The notes under the pieces are model-generated. The model made no database searches. It was not told the origin of the DNA and saw nothing but the letters and a program-made list of their open reading frames with translations. A stretch of DNA of 61,200 nt, counting the filler, from Hausera hauseri (Eukaryota): assembly GCA_046269625.1 (NCBI GenBank). It is 11 parts of 11 records of this genome, joined end to end, with 100 filler letters (N's around TTAATTAATTAA, not from the genome) between each part and the next. Parts side by side here need not be neighbours in the genome. Positions count along the whole stretch, not along the records: positions 55,535 to 61,200 come from JBJURY010210189.1; 10 more parts are not named here. The stretch is one strand, 5' to 3'. Of this stretch, positions 59,501 through 61,200 are shown piece after piece. Each line of letters opens with the position of its first letter. Within the stretch, counting starts at the first letter, position 1. The translations under genes were made by a program, and so were the position numbers.

Positions 59501-61200
59501 GGTAAAAACGAAATAAATTATCGGTTATAATTCCGAGGCAGGATATTGGATGAACCCGAACTATTAATAGACATTGGAATTATTCCAGAGGAATCGAATA
59601 GAATAGTGGCCATAATTACTAACGAACAGACGAACGATGAAGCTACAAGAAACGCAAGAGATGAACATTGCGTAGGACGCATTATGGGAATTCAAGACCC
59701 TACCATATATTTGGAATACCTCCAAAATGAGGAAGATATGGAACAATATGATAAGAATTTAGTGCCGCTTAGTGAAGCAATGCCGCCTGCGGCGGAACAG
59801 AAATGACCAGTTGGGCGGCCAAGAAAAATTAGAGACAAAGTCGATCACAATGTAAAGCCTGATCTGAAAAATAAGATAATTACCAATGCCAGCGATTAAC
59901 TCGGACAATGAAGAATTAACTGAGTTAATGAAAAACCTTATAGAAATAGTGAATTATTGAGGACCAAGAAATTACATATTGGATGAAATAAAGAGCGATA
60001 TGCTATGCTGAAAAAATGAGAACATCCCGATTCGAAATGAATAAAAGCACTTTACCTGATGAGGATGTATTTGAAAAAATAATGAAGGCAAATACTAAAG
60101 AAGAATTGAGGAAATTAGTATTGTACTTGGCTATAAAAACGAATCCCTTGCGGAAAAATGAATTCAATAAGATTATTGGCTTGGCCCGGAAAGCCGCCAG
60201 AAAAATACCTAGAGAGATAAATTGGTCCAAATTATTTAACGCGAAGGTTATGGCAGGCCGTCCACTAGAATTGAAGATGAAACAAATTTAATGCCACCCA
60301 ACTCAGCACGAGATAGCGAATCGCATTGGATGATTAAGTTAATAAAGCTTATGGTGCTAATTAGATAACTGGTAGCAATCACGGTATACGACTGTGATAA
60401 GTTTAAACTAGGTCAAAAATATTCCCTGGTGGATTTAGAAATGTGTGAGGACGCCAGACCTCACAAGTTAGTAACCATTGAGAAAAAGTACTTTTTGTAT
60501 CAGCAACGTGAGTTAATTGCGTTCGATGGAATAGAATGAATGTTACGCAGATCTTGAAGCATTTTTCATTGTGAAAACACACATGGCCATTCATCGGTAA
60601 TAAAACCAACGACTCCAATAATTCCAATGGATTTCGATCGACAACAGTGTAAGAGAGCTAAAGGAACCGGAAGATTGAGATGAGACGGTATGCAGTTAGA
60701 AGCGCAGCAAGGAAAAATAAATCGAGGATATAAGGTAGCGGTTTGGAAGCTGGATATGCACACTGTGTACTGTAACAGAGGAAAATACGATACCGGAAAG
60801 GGAAAAGAAGGAGGAATAGTAGTAGTCAGTTTTTATGAGACGAAAATGAGGAATCAAAAGGTGATGTTTCATAGTGTTACGAAAGCATATACTGAAAACC
60901 AGAAGTGCCATATTCAATAAGGTGCTTGTACTTTCCGGAATTCGATAATTATTTGGATTTCACCTACTGCGAAAACTCAACGCAACCAACAATTATGAAG
61001 GAATGTAAATCAGGTTTAGGAGAACCTATGTTTAGGTGAAGTGAGACGGATTGGGTAAGCCTGCCAAATGGAGGAATAATAGCCACACCTAATAAACTAA
61101 CAGGAACGAATTTGCTACAGGGTATAGCGGATAATAAATTCGCTGACACCGCGAGTAAAAGAATTAACAAGCCAAAGGAAATTGAGGCTTTTAGACAGTT
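56545..61200 (+). mobile_element. Large Gypsy clade, copy 3: region X followed by env (internal deletion near 60960)
   Basis: No protease follows the knuckle. Instead come homologs of 29044-29592 (PL.LKIT.NRG.SPS.K.K), 27183-27665 and 26301-27143, then VYDCDKFKLGQKYSL.DLEMCEDARP and later env segments. Confidence 0.88.

Overview
This window is not one locus. It is 11 unlinked contigs joined by artificial 100-nt spacers (44 N + TTAATTAATTAA + 44 N): 1-6173, 6274-14367, 14468-18759, 18860-25603, 25704-29663, 29764-33802, 33903-39370, 39471-45951, 46052-50396, 50497-55434 and 55535-61200. The content is AT-rich eukaryotic repeat DNA, probably from an invertebrate animal, and most of it has decayed through stops and frameshifts. 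It includes Polinton/Maverick virion and pPolB modules, Tc1, hAT and Sola-like transposases, an ordinary Ty3/Gypsy element, LINE and SINE relics, and an LTR-interrupted exportin-2 (CSE1) pseudogene. The main result is that six contigs (1, 2, 5, 6, 9, 11) are overlapping, diverged pieces of one large Ty3/Gypsy-type clade. Tiled by protein homology, it has an estimated internal length of about 15 kb and an unusual order: Gag(CA, CCHC) - long helical region with a ubiquitin-like domain and an AT-hook - internal signal peptide + chuvirus/herpes-gB-like (class III) fusion glycoprotein + TM - PR - RT - RNase H - IN - second internal signal peptide + Cys-rich FN3-like ectodomain + TM - conserved RNA hairpin and splice acceptor - orphan domain + catalytically degenerate DEDDh exonuclease - RING finger - PPT - LTR. 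So env sits between gag and pol, and a second, unrelated surface protein follows the integrase. All family calls are from motif recognition by eye. No database searches were run, and the full-length element is inferred from separate copies.
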